Program-made: the position numbers and the translations under genes
In this document: piece after piece, positions 43,228 to 53,433 of the stretch
Numbering within the stretch: position 1 is the first letter of the stretch
How the letters are laid out: each line of letters starts with the position of its first letter
IMG/VR virus record: IMGVR_UViG_3300044856_000216
Span: 127,916 to 191,915 of that record
From: a virus
Length of the DNA: 64,000 bases
Direction: 5' to 3' (one strand)
The notes under the pieces: generated by a model
What the model was told of the DNA's origin: nothing
The model's input: only the letters and a program-made list of their open reading frames with translations
Databases searched by the model: none

Positions 43228-46200
43228 ATGGCTAAGTCCTTAAAAGACTCTATGAAAGAATTAGAGGAAATGAATAATGCAAAAATAATGTCCGATGATA
43301 TAACTGCATATTCATTAGAAGCAGCTTCTTTTTCATCGCCAGTTGTGGATAATGAAACCACAGTATCAACCTATACTAATACTACTCTTCCGTATAGTGA
43401 AAAATATCTCATTTATAATGAATATGTAGACGAAAAAATAAGCACAATTGATGAGAATAAAAACATCGAACTTGATGAGTCGCAGGTGAATTTAACACAG
43501 GAAGAAAATTCTCAATATGTTAGATTCAAAATGTTCAGACGCTATGACGGTGTTGACCAGTTAAATATGACACTTTTGATGCACGCTGTAACGCCTGATA
43601 AAAACGATGTATATATTAACCCTGTAAATGTCCAGTACGATGACAATTATCTCTATTTTGGTGTTATTTTGCCCAAAAGTGTTTGCGCTGTAAAAGGTAC
43701 TGTACAGTTTGAAATACAAGCTATTGGTGTGAATGAAAAGGGAGATGCATATACATTAAAAACAAGAAAAGCCGAATTTAATGTAGAAGAATCCTTATCA
43801 GGTAATGGAACAGTAGAACCAGGTGAAGACACTGGATGGATTACAACCTTTTTACAGCAGGTAACTGAAAAGGTTGGAGAAGCACAAACCGCCGCAAACG
43901 AAGCAAAAGCTTCCGCTAATTCCGCTGAAAGCTCTGCTACTACGGCTCAGAAAACAGTAAACACGGCAAAGACAGAATTGACAAATACTGTTAATTCTAC
44001 AATCAAAACCGCTCTCACAAATTACTATAATAAAAAGGAAATTGACGACCAATTTGCAAATATTGATCTGTCTGATGTATACGATAAGATAAATAGTATT
44101 GATGGGTTGGCAAAATTTAACGTCACATACACTTCAGATACTTATACTCTCTCATTTTACAATGGTGACAAGAAGATTAAGGACGTTGTATTGAATTCAG
44201 ATCCGTCCGCTACATGGGTTGCTGCTTATGGTAAAGTTGTCGATAAAAAAATAACAGATGCAATAACTCCTGTTTCTAAATCATTAAATGATTATAAAAC
44301 AAAAACAGATGCTAATTTGAGTGCGATACATAAAAATATAGACAATCTCCCTGATACGTTAAAAACAAAATACTATGATAAAGAGGCAATGAATGACTTA
44401 TTAGGTAAAAAAGCATCTAATTCGGATGTAGAGTCATTAACAACAAAAGTTGGGGCTGTTGAACAGGTTGCAAATTCAAATAAAACGAGCATTTCTACTA
44501 TAGGAAATAAGATTGCTTCTCTTGAAGATGCTATTGGGAAAATTGATGTCGAGCCAGGAAAAACCTATGAAGCAACTTATGATACAGAATCAGGGAATTA
44601 CACCTTATGGGAAATTACAAATGAAGGTGAAACTAATGAAGAACGAACTATTAAGAGCCAGTTTAAGATTGTTGGCGGCAGCGGAGGTGGATCAACATCT
44701 ACAACTTTAAAGATTGAATATGTTACAAAGTCTCCTGTTATCGTTACAACAAATGATAAGGCAATTATCAAGTATAACTTCTCTGGTCAGGATTCTTCTG
44801 GTGATATCGTTTCAGAAGGAAATTATACATGGAAAATCGGCAACAAAGTCATTGCTACTGGTATTGCAATCAGCGGAGAAAATAGCTTTGATTGTACAGA
44901 TTATATCAGTCTTGGTTCTCAGAAACTTGTACTTACAATTTCTGATGATGCGGGAAGTGTTGTTGTAAAATCATGGACTGTACAGAAGGTAGATATTCAT
45001 ATTGAGTCAACCTTCAATGATACTCTCAAGTATCCGATGGGCGAAGTCTCATTTGATTATACACCATACGGTGCTATTTCAAAGGATATTCATTTCAAGA
45101 TTGACGGAAATGAATTATACAAAGTAACTACTACTGCCACTGATATTCCGATGGCATACAATATCAAGCCACAGACTCATGGAGCACACCTTGTTGAAGT
45201 TTATATCACAGCAGAAATCAACGGATTAACAGTTGAATCAAATCATATTTATAAGGATGTTATCTGGTTTAATCCAGATTCTAACGTTCCTGTAATTGGA
45301 TGTATTGCGAACAATCTTACTGTAAAACAGTATGATACAGAGAATATTACTTACACTGTATATGATCCTAAGACAGAAAACCCGACTGTTACTCTTGCTG
45401 TGGATGGGAAGAAAGTTTCAACTTTACAGTTGGATTCTAATACGAATATTTGGCAGTATAAACCAACAGATATTGGTTCACATGTATTAACAATCACTTG
45501 TGGTGACACTGTGAAAACAATTAACGTAACTGTTGAAAAATTAGATATTGATGTAGAACCTGTTACAGCTGGACTTCAATTTGATTTTAATCCTGTTGGA
45601 AGATCAAATAATGATGCAAACAGATTATGGTCTGACGCAGATCATCCAGAAGTTAAAATGACTGTTTCATCAAACTTCGACTGGTCAAATGGTGGATACC
45701 AGATTGACGAAAACGGTGATCAGTATTTTGGAATTAAAGCAGGAACGACTGCTACTATCTCATACAATCTTTTCGCTGATGACGCAAGGAAAAATGGTAA
45801 AGAATTTAAATTCATCTTTATGACTAAAAATGTTGCAAATGCAAGTGCCACATTTTTATCTTGTGAATCTGATGACATTGGTTTGCAGATGAACGTACAC
45901 GAAGCATATATCAAGTCAAGTGTGAAATCGCTGTATGTTCCATATAGTGAGGAAGATATTATCGAGTGGGAGTTCGACATTGATAATAGTGATATCACAC
46001 CTATTGTCATGTCTTACGAGGATGGTACTCCGTGTAGACCAATGAGTTATACAAAAGATTATTCATTTACACAGGAGACTCCTGTTCCAATTACTATTGG
46101 TTCAGAAGATTGTGATGTTCGAATCTACAGAATGAAAGCATATAATAAGAGTCTTGATTCTAAAGCAATTCTAAACAACTTCATTGCAGATGCAAGAACT

Positions 46201-49200
46201 GCTACAGAGATGATTGACAGATACAAGCGAAATCAGATTTATGATGAGGATGGTAATTTAACACCTGAATCTGTTGCAAAAGCTTGTCCAGATATGAGAG
46301 TTATCATGATTGAAGCACCACATTTTACAAATAATAAAAAGGATTTTGTGAAAAATACTACTGTTAAATGTTTATATAAGAACGGTGATCCAACATTAGA
46401 CAACTGGACATTTGAAAATGCATACCACTCAGGACAGGGAACGACCTCAAACGAGTATGGTGCGTCCGGTAGAAATATAGATATTATTTGTTGCTTTGAT
46501 GGAAAGAATCAGGTAATAAGTAAGATTCCATTAGACACAGATTATAAAACAATATTGACACTCGGAGATGGAACTAAGACCGAAGATGGAACTGGTAGAG
46601 TTTCTTTAACAAGAGATTCTATTCCAAACGGCTGGTTCAACATAAAAGTAAATATAGCTTCCTCTGAAATGGTTAATAATGCTTATTTACAAGCTAGATA
46701 CAACACATATCTTCCATACAAGTCACCTGCTCAGAAAAGAGATCCTAGAATAAAGAACGACATGGAATTTGTAAACTGTGTTGTATTTATTAAGGAAAGT
46801 GATCCTGATGTTAGTACACATAGAGAGTTCCAAGATACAGAATGGCACTACTATGCACTTGGTAATATAGGTGACTCCAAGAAAACAGATTTGACAAGAG
46901 CTTATGATCCAGACGATATGAATGAGTTCTGCATTGAAATTAGTGATAATACTCTTGCAAACTCTACATTTCAAACTGGCGTTACAAACTCGGATGGAAC
47001 AATGAAATATCCTATCTCAAAAGAAGAATGGAAATCTGGAAATGAAGCATATGATGCTTTGTATAACGATTGGGAGGGAACGTATGAGTTCAGATATGAT
47101 TGTTGTGGAGATTCTAAAGATGGAGATCCAATATCAACAGATGAAGCAAAAACTGAAATTAGAACAAAAAATAAGCAAATTTGGAGAGATTTCTATGAGT
47201 TTGTAATCACATCATCTGATAAAGATTTTGTAGACAAACTTAAAGATTGGTTTATTGTAGATTCTGCATTGTATTTCTATCTTTTTACATTAAGATATAC
47301 GATGATCGACAATCGTGCAAAAAATGTATTTCTGCATTGGGCAAAATATTATATTACTACAGAAGAAGCAAGTACGTTAGGAGATAAAGCACAATATTAT
47401 ACTATTGATGATGAAGCTGCTAAGATTAATAAAGGATACCGTTTCGACTTCTGGGACTATGATAACGATTCGGCAATCGGAATCAATAACAGCGGTGAAC
47501 TTACGATGACATATGGAAAAGAAGATACAGACTATCGTACAGATGGTGACAAATCTTCTGGATACATATTCAATGCAGCTGATTCAGTATTTTTCTGCCG
47601 TATTCGTGATTTGATGCAATCACAACTTCGTTCTATGTATAATACTTGCGAATCAAAAAACTGTTGGAGTGCAACATCTTTAATTAATCAGTTTGATGAA
47701 AAACAGAATGAATGGTGTGAAGCTTTATGGCGTGAAGATTATGTTCGAAAATATCTTCGTACCTATCAAAATGGTAATACACGATTCCTCGAACAAATGA
47801 TGAATGGTAAAAAGAAATATCAGCGTAGACAGTTCGAACGTGACCAGGAAATGTACATGGCAACAAAATTTATCGGTACTACTGCCACCTCTGACCAGAT
47901 TATGTTCAGATGCAACACACCTGTTGATGCAATAGTCAAGCCTGATTATACACTTCATCTTACACCGTTCTCTGATATGTATTTATCTGTAATGTTCGGT
48001 AATTCATCCCCAACACAGATTAGAGCAAAAGCTGGACAACAGTATGATATACCATGCCCTTACAATCAAATGGATGATACAGCTGTACTCGTTTACGGTG
48101 CATCTAGGATTCAGTCAATGGGTGATGTATCTACTTGTTATATCCACGATAATGATTTTTCAAAAGCAACAAGACTCAAAAAGTTAATTATCGGTAATGA
48201 AACTGAAGGATATTCAAACAACTTCCTTACTAATTTAGTAATTGGAAATAATAAATTATTAGAATTATTAGATGTAAGAAATACACCAAATCTTGTAACG
48301 AGCTTAGATTTATCAAAATGCGGAAGTCTTAAAAAACTTTATGCAAGCGGTTCTGGTCTAACAGGTGTTACATTCGCAAATGGTGGAAAGATTGATACTG
48401 CCATTTTACCAGAAACACTTACATCTATTATTATGAGGAATTTAAAATATCTTACAAATTTACAGATTCTTGCATATGATAAGTTCACGAGTATGGTAAT
48501 TGAATACTGTGATACGGTTGATTCCGCTAGTATGGTTGAAAAAGCAACAAAACTGAATCGTATCAGATTACTTGGTATCAAATGGAATCTTGACACGGCA
48601 AATTTGTTGGCTAAGTTATATAAACTTGGTGGTATTGACAAGAATGGCTATAATGCTGATCAATCAGTCGTAACTGGTTCTGTACATACACCAGTTATGA
48701 AGGAGAAGCTGCTTGCACAATACAATGAAACTTGGTCTGACTTGGATATTACCTACAATACATTGATTCAGCAGTTTACTGTAACATTCGTAAATGATAA
48801 TGGAGATGTATTAGATACTCAGTATGTTGATAAAGGTGAGAAGCCGATTAATCCAATAACAAGAGCAGATAATCCAATTCCAGTTCCAACAAAGAAAAGT
48901 ACTATTAGTACAGATTTTACATTTAATGGATGGGATACAAACTTTGTTGCAGTCTTTGGTAATCAAACTTATAAGGCAACTTATTCCGAAAAAGTAAGAC
49001 AATATACTGTAAAGTATATGTCAATGTCTACAGTTATTGAAACACATACAGCGGATTATGATAGTTATGTTGCTCCACCAGAAGAAATCCCAACTTATAC
49101 TGCTGAGGAATCAGCTTATAAGTATTATTTGTTTAAAGGCTGGGATAAATCTGGACGTGTAGATGGAGATAAGGAAATCCATGCTGTATATGACGTGTTT

Positions 49201-50424
49201 GAATATACACAAGATTATTTTAAAGATAAAGATCTCTCTGAACTTAAACCAGTGGAAATTTATGCCCTCACAAAACTTGGTCTGCAAAGTTCGATGATAA
49301 CACTTAAGGATCAAATCGTATTATCTCTTGGTTCTGATTGTAAATATACTGATATTGAACAGAATGAACTTATCTCCGAAAAAACTGTATTTAGTGGAAC
49401 AAATTACATTGATACAGGAGTAAAGCTATTTGATAAAGATAGAAGTTTTGTATTTGCTATTGACTATAGACTTGATAGTAAATCAGCCTCTTCATCTGTT
49501 CTGGCTCAGTGTTTTAAATCTGATGGTTCTAGTGGATTTAAGCTTTGGACAAATAGTGGCGCAAAATTAGCATGGGGTACATCATCGACCAATGTTGCCA
49601 TAGGCACAAGGAATATCATTGTCATCAGACATATAAAAGGGGAAACTGGATTACATGTATATAACGGCAATTTGACTGCAAATGCTCCGAGTTATGTAGA
49701 ACTTTCCAGAAATAGAGAGACTGTTGTTGATTCTACTCTCGTATTTGGTTGCAGTAAGGCTGATGATGGTATGTATGAAAATTATGCAATAGGAGAAATC
49801 TATTGGGCAAAAGTGTGGTTTAGTGATCTTGGTGAAAAGACATGTATGGAACTTGCATCATGGACACATGATACCTTATCTGCAAGTATGTATGGATTCA
49901 ATAGATATTACTTATCAGATGGATCTGGTAAAAGAACGTCTATGTCTTTTATTGCTGATAACGTATTATCTCAAACAAGAATGCTTGGGGCAGGATCGTC
50001 CAATTCAGGTGGATATGCAAATATGACAATTAGATCTTGGCTTAATACACGTCTGTATAATGCATTATCTGTTGAATGGAAACAGCTAATTAAACTGGCT
50101 AAAATAGCATCTTCTGTAGGAAATCAGTCAACAGAAGTAACAACCTCTGATAACTATTTCTATCTTCCGTCAGTATATGAACTGAGTCCTGAAGGTGATA
50201 TGGAGCAAGAACCATATACAAACGAGGGTACACATATTGAGTTCTTTACAAATGCTTCAAGTAGAATCAGAAAAAGTTCCGATGGCAAAGCACAGTCATA
50301 TTGGACACGTTCACCAAATGTTTCTTATAACGGATACTTCTTCCGTGTTGAAGAAAATGGTGCATTATCTGGATATGATTATCCTTATACTGCTTACGGA
50401 ATTGTAGTGGAATTTTCATTTTAA
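43228..50424 (+). CDS. giant multidomain tail adhesin / receptor-binding protein (2398 aa)
   Basis: AAGGAGG SD. Coiled-coil fibre segment AQTAANEAKASANSAESSATTAQKT. CotH-like core DNRAKNVFLHW...YRFDFWDYDNDSAIG. Leucine-rich repeats LKKLIIGNE...LDLSKCGSLKKLYASGSGLTGV. Two Listeria-Bacteroides-type repeats FTVTFVNDNGDVL...FTFNGWD and YTVKYMS...YLFKGWD. A LamG-like segment. C-terminal RSWLNTRLYNAL...YFYLPSVYEL...SYWTRSP. Confidence 0.75.
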   Translation: MAKSLKDSMKELEEMNNAKIMSDDITAYSLEAASFSSPVVDNETTVSTYTNTTLPYSEKYLIYNEYVDEKISTIDENKNIELDESQVNLTQEENSQYVRFKMFRRYDGVDQLNMTLLMHAVTPDKNDVYINPVNVQYDDNYLYFGVILPKSVCAVKGTVQFEIQAIGVNEKGDAYTLKTRKAEFNVEESLSGNGTVEPGEDTGWITTFLQQVTEKVGEAQTAANEAKASANSAESSATTAQKTVNTAKTELTNTVNSTIKTALTNYYNKKEIDDQFANIDLSDVYDKINSIDGLAKFNVTYTSDTYTLSFYNGDKKIKDVVLNSDPSATWVAAYGKVVDKKITDAITPVSKSLNDYKTKTDANLSAIHKNIDNLPDTLKTKYYDKEAMNDLLGKKASNSDVESLTTKVGAVEQVANSNKTSISTIGNKIASLEDAIGKIDVEPGKTYEATYDTESGNYTLWEITNEGETNEERTIKSQFKIVGGSGGGSTSTTLKIEYVTKSPVIVTTNDKAIIKYNFSGQDSSGDIVSEGNYTWKIGNKVIATGIAISGENSFDCTDYISLGSQKLVLTISDDAGSVVVKSWTVQKVDIHIESTFNDTLKYPMGEVSFDYTPYGAISKDIHFKIDGNELYKVTTTATDIPMAYNIKPQTHGAHLVEVYITAEINGLTVESNHIYKDVIWFNPDSNVPVIGCIANNLTVKQYDTENITYTVYDPKTENPTVTLAVDGKKVSTLQLDSNTNIWQYKPTDIGSHVLTITCGDTVKTINVTVEKLDIDVEPVTAGLQFDFNPVGRSNNDANRLWSDADHPEVKMTVSSNFDWSNGGYQIDENGDQYFGIKAGTTATISYNLFADDARKNGKEFKFIFMTKNVANASATFLSCESDDIGLQMNVHEAYIKSSVKSLYVPYSEEDIIEWEFDIDNSDITPIVMSYEDGTPCRPMSYTKDYSFTQETPVPITIGSEDCDVRIYRMKAYNKSLDSKAILNNFIADARTATEMIDRYKRNQIYDEDGNLTPESVAKACPDMRVIMIEAPHFTNNKKDFVKNTTVKCLYKNGDPTLDNWTFENAYHSGQGTTSNEYGASGRNIDIICCFDGKNQVISKIPLDTDYKTILTLGDGTKTEDGTGRVSLTRDSIPNGWFNIKVNIASSEMVNNAYLQARYNTYLPYKSPAQKRDPRIKNDMEFVNCVVFIKESDPDVSTHREFQDTEWHYYALGNIGDSKKTDLTRAYDPDDMNEFCIEISDNTLANSTFQTGVTNSDGTMKYPISKEEWKSGNEAYDALYNDWEGTYEFRYDCCGDSKDGDPISTDEAKTEIRTKNKQIWRDFYEFVITSSDKDFVDKLKDWFIVDSALYFYLFTLRYTMIDNRAKNVFLHWAKYYITTEEASTLGDKAQYYTIDDEAAKINKGYRFDFWDYDNDSAIGINNSGELTMTYGKEDTDYRTDGDKSSGYIFNAADSVFFCRIRDLMQSQLRSMYNTCESKNCWSATSLINQFDEKQNEWCEALWREDYVRKYLRTYQNGNTRFLEQMMNGKKKYQRRQFERDQEMYMATKFIGTTATSDQIMFRCNTPVDAIVKPDYTLHLTPFSDMYLSVMFGNSSPTQIRAKAGQQYDIPCPYNQMDDTAVLVYGASRIQSMGDVSTCYIHDNDFSKATRLKKLIIGNETEGYSNNFLTNLVIGNNKLLELLDVRNTPNLVTSLDLSKCGSLKKLYASGSGLTGVTFANGGKIDTAILPETLTSIIMRNLKYLTNLQILAYDKFTSMVIEYCDTVDSASMVEKATKLNRIRLLGIKWNLDTANLLAKLYKLGGIDKNGYNADQSVVTGSVHTPVMKEKLLAQYNETWSDLDITYNTLIQQFTVTFVNDNGDVLDTQYVDKGEKPINPITRADNPIPVPTKKSTISTDFTFNGWDTNFVAVFGNQTYKATYSEKVRQYTVKYMSMSTVIETHTADYDSYVAPPEEIPTYTAEESAYKYYLFKGWDKSGRVDGDKEIHAVYDVFEYTQDYFKDKDLSELKPVEIYALTKLGLQSSMITLKDQIVLSLGSDCKYTDIEQNELISEKTVFSGTNYIDTGVKLFDKDRSFVFAIDYRLDSKSASSSVLAQCFKSDGSSGFKLWTNSGAKLAWGTSSTNVAIGTRNIIVIRHIKGETGLHVYNGNLTANAPSYVELSRNRETVVDSTLVFGCSKADDGMYENYAIGEIYWAKVWFSDLGEKTCMELASWTHDTLSASMYGFNRYYLSDGSGKRTSMSFIADNVLSQTRMLGAGSSNSGGYANMTIRSWLNTRLYNALSVEWKQLIKLAKIASSVGNQSTEVTTSDNYFYLPSVYELSPEGDMEQEPYTNEGTHIEFFTNASSRIRKSSDGKAQSYWTRSPNVSYNGYFFRVEENGALSGYDYPYTAYGIVVEFSF

Positions 50425-50430
50425 ATAATT

Positions 50431-50458
50431 AAGGGTAGGATACTCTCCTACCCTTTTT
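50431..50458 (+). terminator. rho-independent terminator
   Basis: AAGGGTAGGA / TCCTACCCTT 10-bp stem followed by TTT. Confidence 0.8.
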
Positions 50459-50461
50459 ATC

Positions 50462-50788
50462 ATGGAGGAAAACATGTTTTACAAAGTAATAAAAGACGGA
50501 AAAATAATTGACCTCCTAAACCATCCTATATGGATTAAATATCAAGCAAAGCATGATGTTATGCTTACATGTCCAATAAATGAAGCCGAAGGAGTTATGT
50601 CTTCTGACGGTGAATATTTTTGGCATGTTGATGTTTTTCCGTCTATAAAAAAACAAGATGTTGATACAGTGTCATTGGTTGAGATTGATGTGTATGAATA
50701 CAACAAATTAAGAACTTTAAATATGAAAACACCTCAAGAAATCATTGATGCTTATACTCTTGATTTAATAACGGGAGGAGTTTTATGA
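50462..50788 (+). CDS. small tail-module protein (XkdW-position)
   Basis: 108-aa ORF. Alternative start at 50474. Directly precedes the XkdX-like gene. Confidence 0.45.
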   Translation: MEENMFYKVIKDGKIIDLLNHPIWIKYQAKHDVMLTCPINEAEGVMSSDGEYFWHVDVFPSIKKQDVDTVSLVEIDVYEYNKLRTLNMKTPQEIIDAYTLDLITGGVL

Positions 50789-50934
50789 CAACTGAATTTG
50801 TAGAGAGTTTACAAAGGCTATTTTCCAGTGGGAAGATAGCTCTTTTTAAATTAGATGAATTAAAAAATAAAGGCGTAATTTCTCAGAAAGACTACGAGTA
50901 TATTACAGCCAAAGAGAAAGTAGGTGAACAGTAA
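50785..50934 (+). CDS. XkdX-like small protein (49 aa)
   Basis: ATGA overlap with the upstream gene. The C-terminal GVISQKDYEYITAKE fits the XkdX-family pattern. Below the ORF-track length cut-off. Confidence 0.5.
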   Translation: MTTEFVESLQRLFSSGKIALFKLDELKNKGVISQKDYEYITAKEKVGEQ

Positions 50935-51569
50935 TGTATACGATTCTTGTTAGAGATACAAACGAGCTTATAGTGTCTGTCAAAGAAAGAATTGTTCAGA
51001 GAAATAAATTAGTAGATTCATTACACTTCCTTGCTAGTCAGACATATAAAGGTGAAGATATGTCTTCTTATAGTGTTTTACTTGAGTATAAATTACCTGT
51101 AAGTAAAGCATATAAAACTGCAATGTTAGAACTGACAGACGAATTATATAAGGACATGCTTGAATATAAACTTCCATTCGATACAGAGTTCACAAAAGAG
51201 CCTGGTGATGTAGAAGTACAGCTTACATTTTTTAAAAATGAAATGGGTGAAGATGGTGTTATTACGCAACGTGTAAGACACACAACATCAACATATATCC
51301 ATATTGTTCCGCTTACAGCATGGAGCGATTTAATTCCAGATGATGCGTTAAGTGCTATTGATCAAAGATTGCTGAAGGCTGATGCACAAGCAAAACAGTT
51401 GGCAGATTTGATTCAGGCAGTTGACGATAATCATATTGACAATCTTGTTTATAAGGATGGCTATTTACAACTGTCAAAAGGTGGTGTCGCTATTGGTGAT
51501 AAAGTTTATATCGCAAATGGTGATGATCCATCAGGTCAGGGTAAGACTATTAAGGTTGTCGAATTCTAA
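50934..51569 (+). CDS. tail-module protein, function unknown
   Basis: 211-aa ORF with a TAATG overlap. Confidence 0.5.
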   Translation: MYTILVRDTNELIVSVKERIVQRNKLVDSLHFLASQTYKGEDMSSYSVLLEYKLPVSKAYKTAMLELTDELYKDMLEYKLPFDTEFTKEPGDVEVQLTFFKNEMGEDGVITQRVRHTTSTYIHIVPLTAWSDLIPDDALSAIDQRLLKADAQAKQLADLIQAVDDNHIDNLVYKDGYLQLSKGGVAIGDKVYIANGDDPSGQGKTIKVVEF

Positions 51570-51592
51570 TTTAATGAAAGGAGGCAAAAAGC

Positions 51593-51949
51593 ATGGCTGA
51601 CATGAAGTTCGGTTACGGTAATGCGAATAACATTGATACTGCTGTTGAAAGTGGTACATTAGACGAACGTGACCTTGTACTGACCAAAGATACTTCCGAG
51701 CTGATTTATATCAAAGATGATAAAACTCAGCAGAAAATCAGATCAAGGGTTCGTACATTTACGAGCACAGAAGATGCAATTACTGAATTAAATAAAAGTT
51801 CTGACACTTATGCAGGACAACCTATTTCAATCAAAAATTCTGCTGATGGTAAGTATTACCCTTACACAGTACAGCAGGGTGCATCTTCATTCGTTATAGA
51901 ACCTGTAATTTCAAATACAGGTTCTGGATTCACTTGGACTGAATTTTAA
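51593..51949 (+). CDS. short tail-fibre-like protein
   Basis: AAGGAGG SD. The N-terminal motif FGYGNANNIDTAVESGTLDERDLVLTKDT is shared in type with neighbouring fibre genes. Confidence 0.45.
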   Translation: MADMKFGYGNANNIDTAVESGTLDERDLVLTKDTSELIYIKDDKTQQKIRSRVRTFTSTEDAITELNKSSDTYAGQPISIKNSADGKYYPYTVQQGASSFVIEPVISNTGSGFTWTEF

Positions 51950-51990
51950 AACTGAATAATGGAAAAACAAAATTAAAGGAGATTTTATCT

Positions 51991-52929
51991 ATGAATAACA
52001 TTGTAAATTTTAAATTTGGTACACTTGCAAATTATCAGGCATTACAGGCAAAAGATAATGATACTTTGTATTTTGCCGATGGACAGATTTTTAAAGGCGA
52101 TAAAGTATATAGCCAGAAGTTCGAGAAAGTTACTTCTTTACCTACTGCTCCGTCTCAGGGTGTTGTATATGTGTTTCCTGATTTTTCTGCAAAATTATAC
52201 ACAGGAGTAGATTATGTAGATATTGCTGTTGGTACAGTTGGCGAGATTGGGGATGACACGGCTAATGATGCAAAAGTAGCTACTCAGGCAGCTATCAAAG
52301 CATATCTTGCAAAGAAGTTGGAAGGTATGGGGTCAACTGACCAGTTACAGACAAAAATTGATAAGGCTAAAGATGAGGCTATTAAGTCTGCAACGGAGAC
52401 AGCTGCAACAGATGCAACTAATAAGGTAAACGAAGCAAAGACCGAATTACAGAAGCAGATTGATGCAAAAGTTGCTTCTGTATTTAAGTTTAAAGGTTCT
52501 CTTGATAACAAAGCTGCTTTAGATGCTATCAAAGGTATGATTGTCGGTGATGTTTATCATACTTCTGATGACGGCAAAGAGTACGTTTACACTGGCGAGG
52601 GATGGGAACTGTTAGGCTTTACAATTGATTTATCTGCATATGCAACAACAGAATCTGTTACAAAGGCAATCAATAATAAGTTTAATGAACTTACAAAGTC
52701 TCTTGAGAATTACTACAACAAAGATCAGATTGATGGAAAAGTTACTGAATTAACAGGAGCTATTGCAACAGCAAAGCAGGAGGCAATTACAGCGGCAGCT
52801 ACCGATGCTCAGTCAAAAGCAGACAAAGCATTATCCGATGCGAAGGCTTATGCCGATGGTTTAAACGGAGCAATGGATACAAGAGTAAAAGTTGTAGAAG
52901 GTGCTGTTACTTGGGCTGAAATTGCCTAA
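51991..52929 (+). CDS. tail fibre protein (coiled-coil shaft)
   Basis: FKFGTLANYQALQAKDNDTLYFADGQIFKG at the N-terminus. Ala/Lys/Thr-rich coiled coils. Confidence 0.55.
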   Translation: MNNIVNFKFGTLANYQALQAKDNDTLYFADGQIFKGDKVYSQKFEKVTSLPTAPSQGVVYVFPDFSAKLYTGVDYVDIAVGTVGEIGDDTANDAKVATQAAIKAYLAKKLEGMGSTDQLQTKIDKAKDEAIKSATETAATDATNKVNEAKTELQKQIDAKVASVFKFKGSLDNKAALDAIKGMIVGDVYHTSDDGKEYVYTGEGWELLGFTIDLSAYATTESVTKAINNKFNELTKSLENYYNKDQIDGKVTELTGAIATAKQEAITAAATDAQSKADKALSDAKAYADGLNGAMDTRVKVVEGAVTWAEIA

Positions 52930-52968
52930 GTTATCCGTATCGGCTAATGGGATATCTAGGAGGTTATA

Positions 52969-53400
52969 ATGGCATTTTTATCTTTAACAGAGGTATCTGA
53001 ATCCAAACTAAAAGATGTCCCCATTACAGATGGTCAATTAATTTTCTGTAGAGATACGGGGAACTTTTATAAGGATTCAGCGACTTCGCGAAATCCTATA
53101 TCTTCAGATTTTTTGGTGGTAAATGATCTTCCTCTCGCACCTTTAGCAAATAAATTGTATTTGTTATTGCCAAATACTCTTTGTTTTTATAATAACGGAG
53201 TATGGGAAGAACTAAATGAATCACCAGTTGTAACGAAGGATACGAAATATGCATTTCCGAATATTGGTAGTGCATCAAAAATTTATGTTGCTACGGCAGA
53301 GAATAAAACTTATCGTTGGAGCGATGACGATTTGAAATATTACTGTATAGGTAGTGACTACAATGATATTAATATCATAAATGGAGGAGGGGCTATATAG
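52969..53400 (+). CDS. short tail-fibre-like protein
   Basis: ITDGQLIFCRDTGNFYKD at the N-terminus. AGGAGG SD. Confidence 0.45.
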   Translation: MAFLSLTEVSESKLKDVPITDGQLIFCRDTGNFYKDSATSRNPISSDFLVVNDLPLAPLANKLYLLLPNTLCFYNNGVWEELNESPVVTKDTKYAFPNIGSASKIYVATAENKTYRWSDDDLKYYCIGSDYNDINIINGGGAI

Positions 53401-53433
53401 CTTCTTCTCCTTATTTAAAAGGAGAATACTAAC

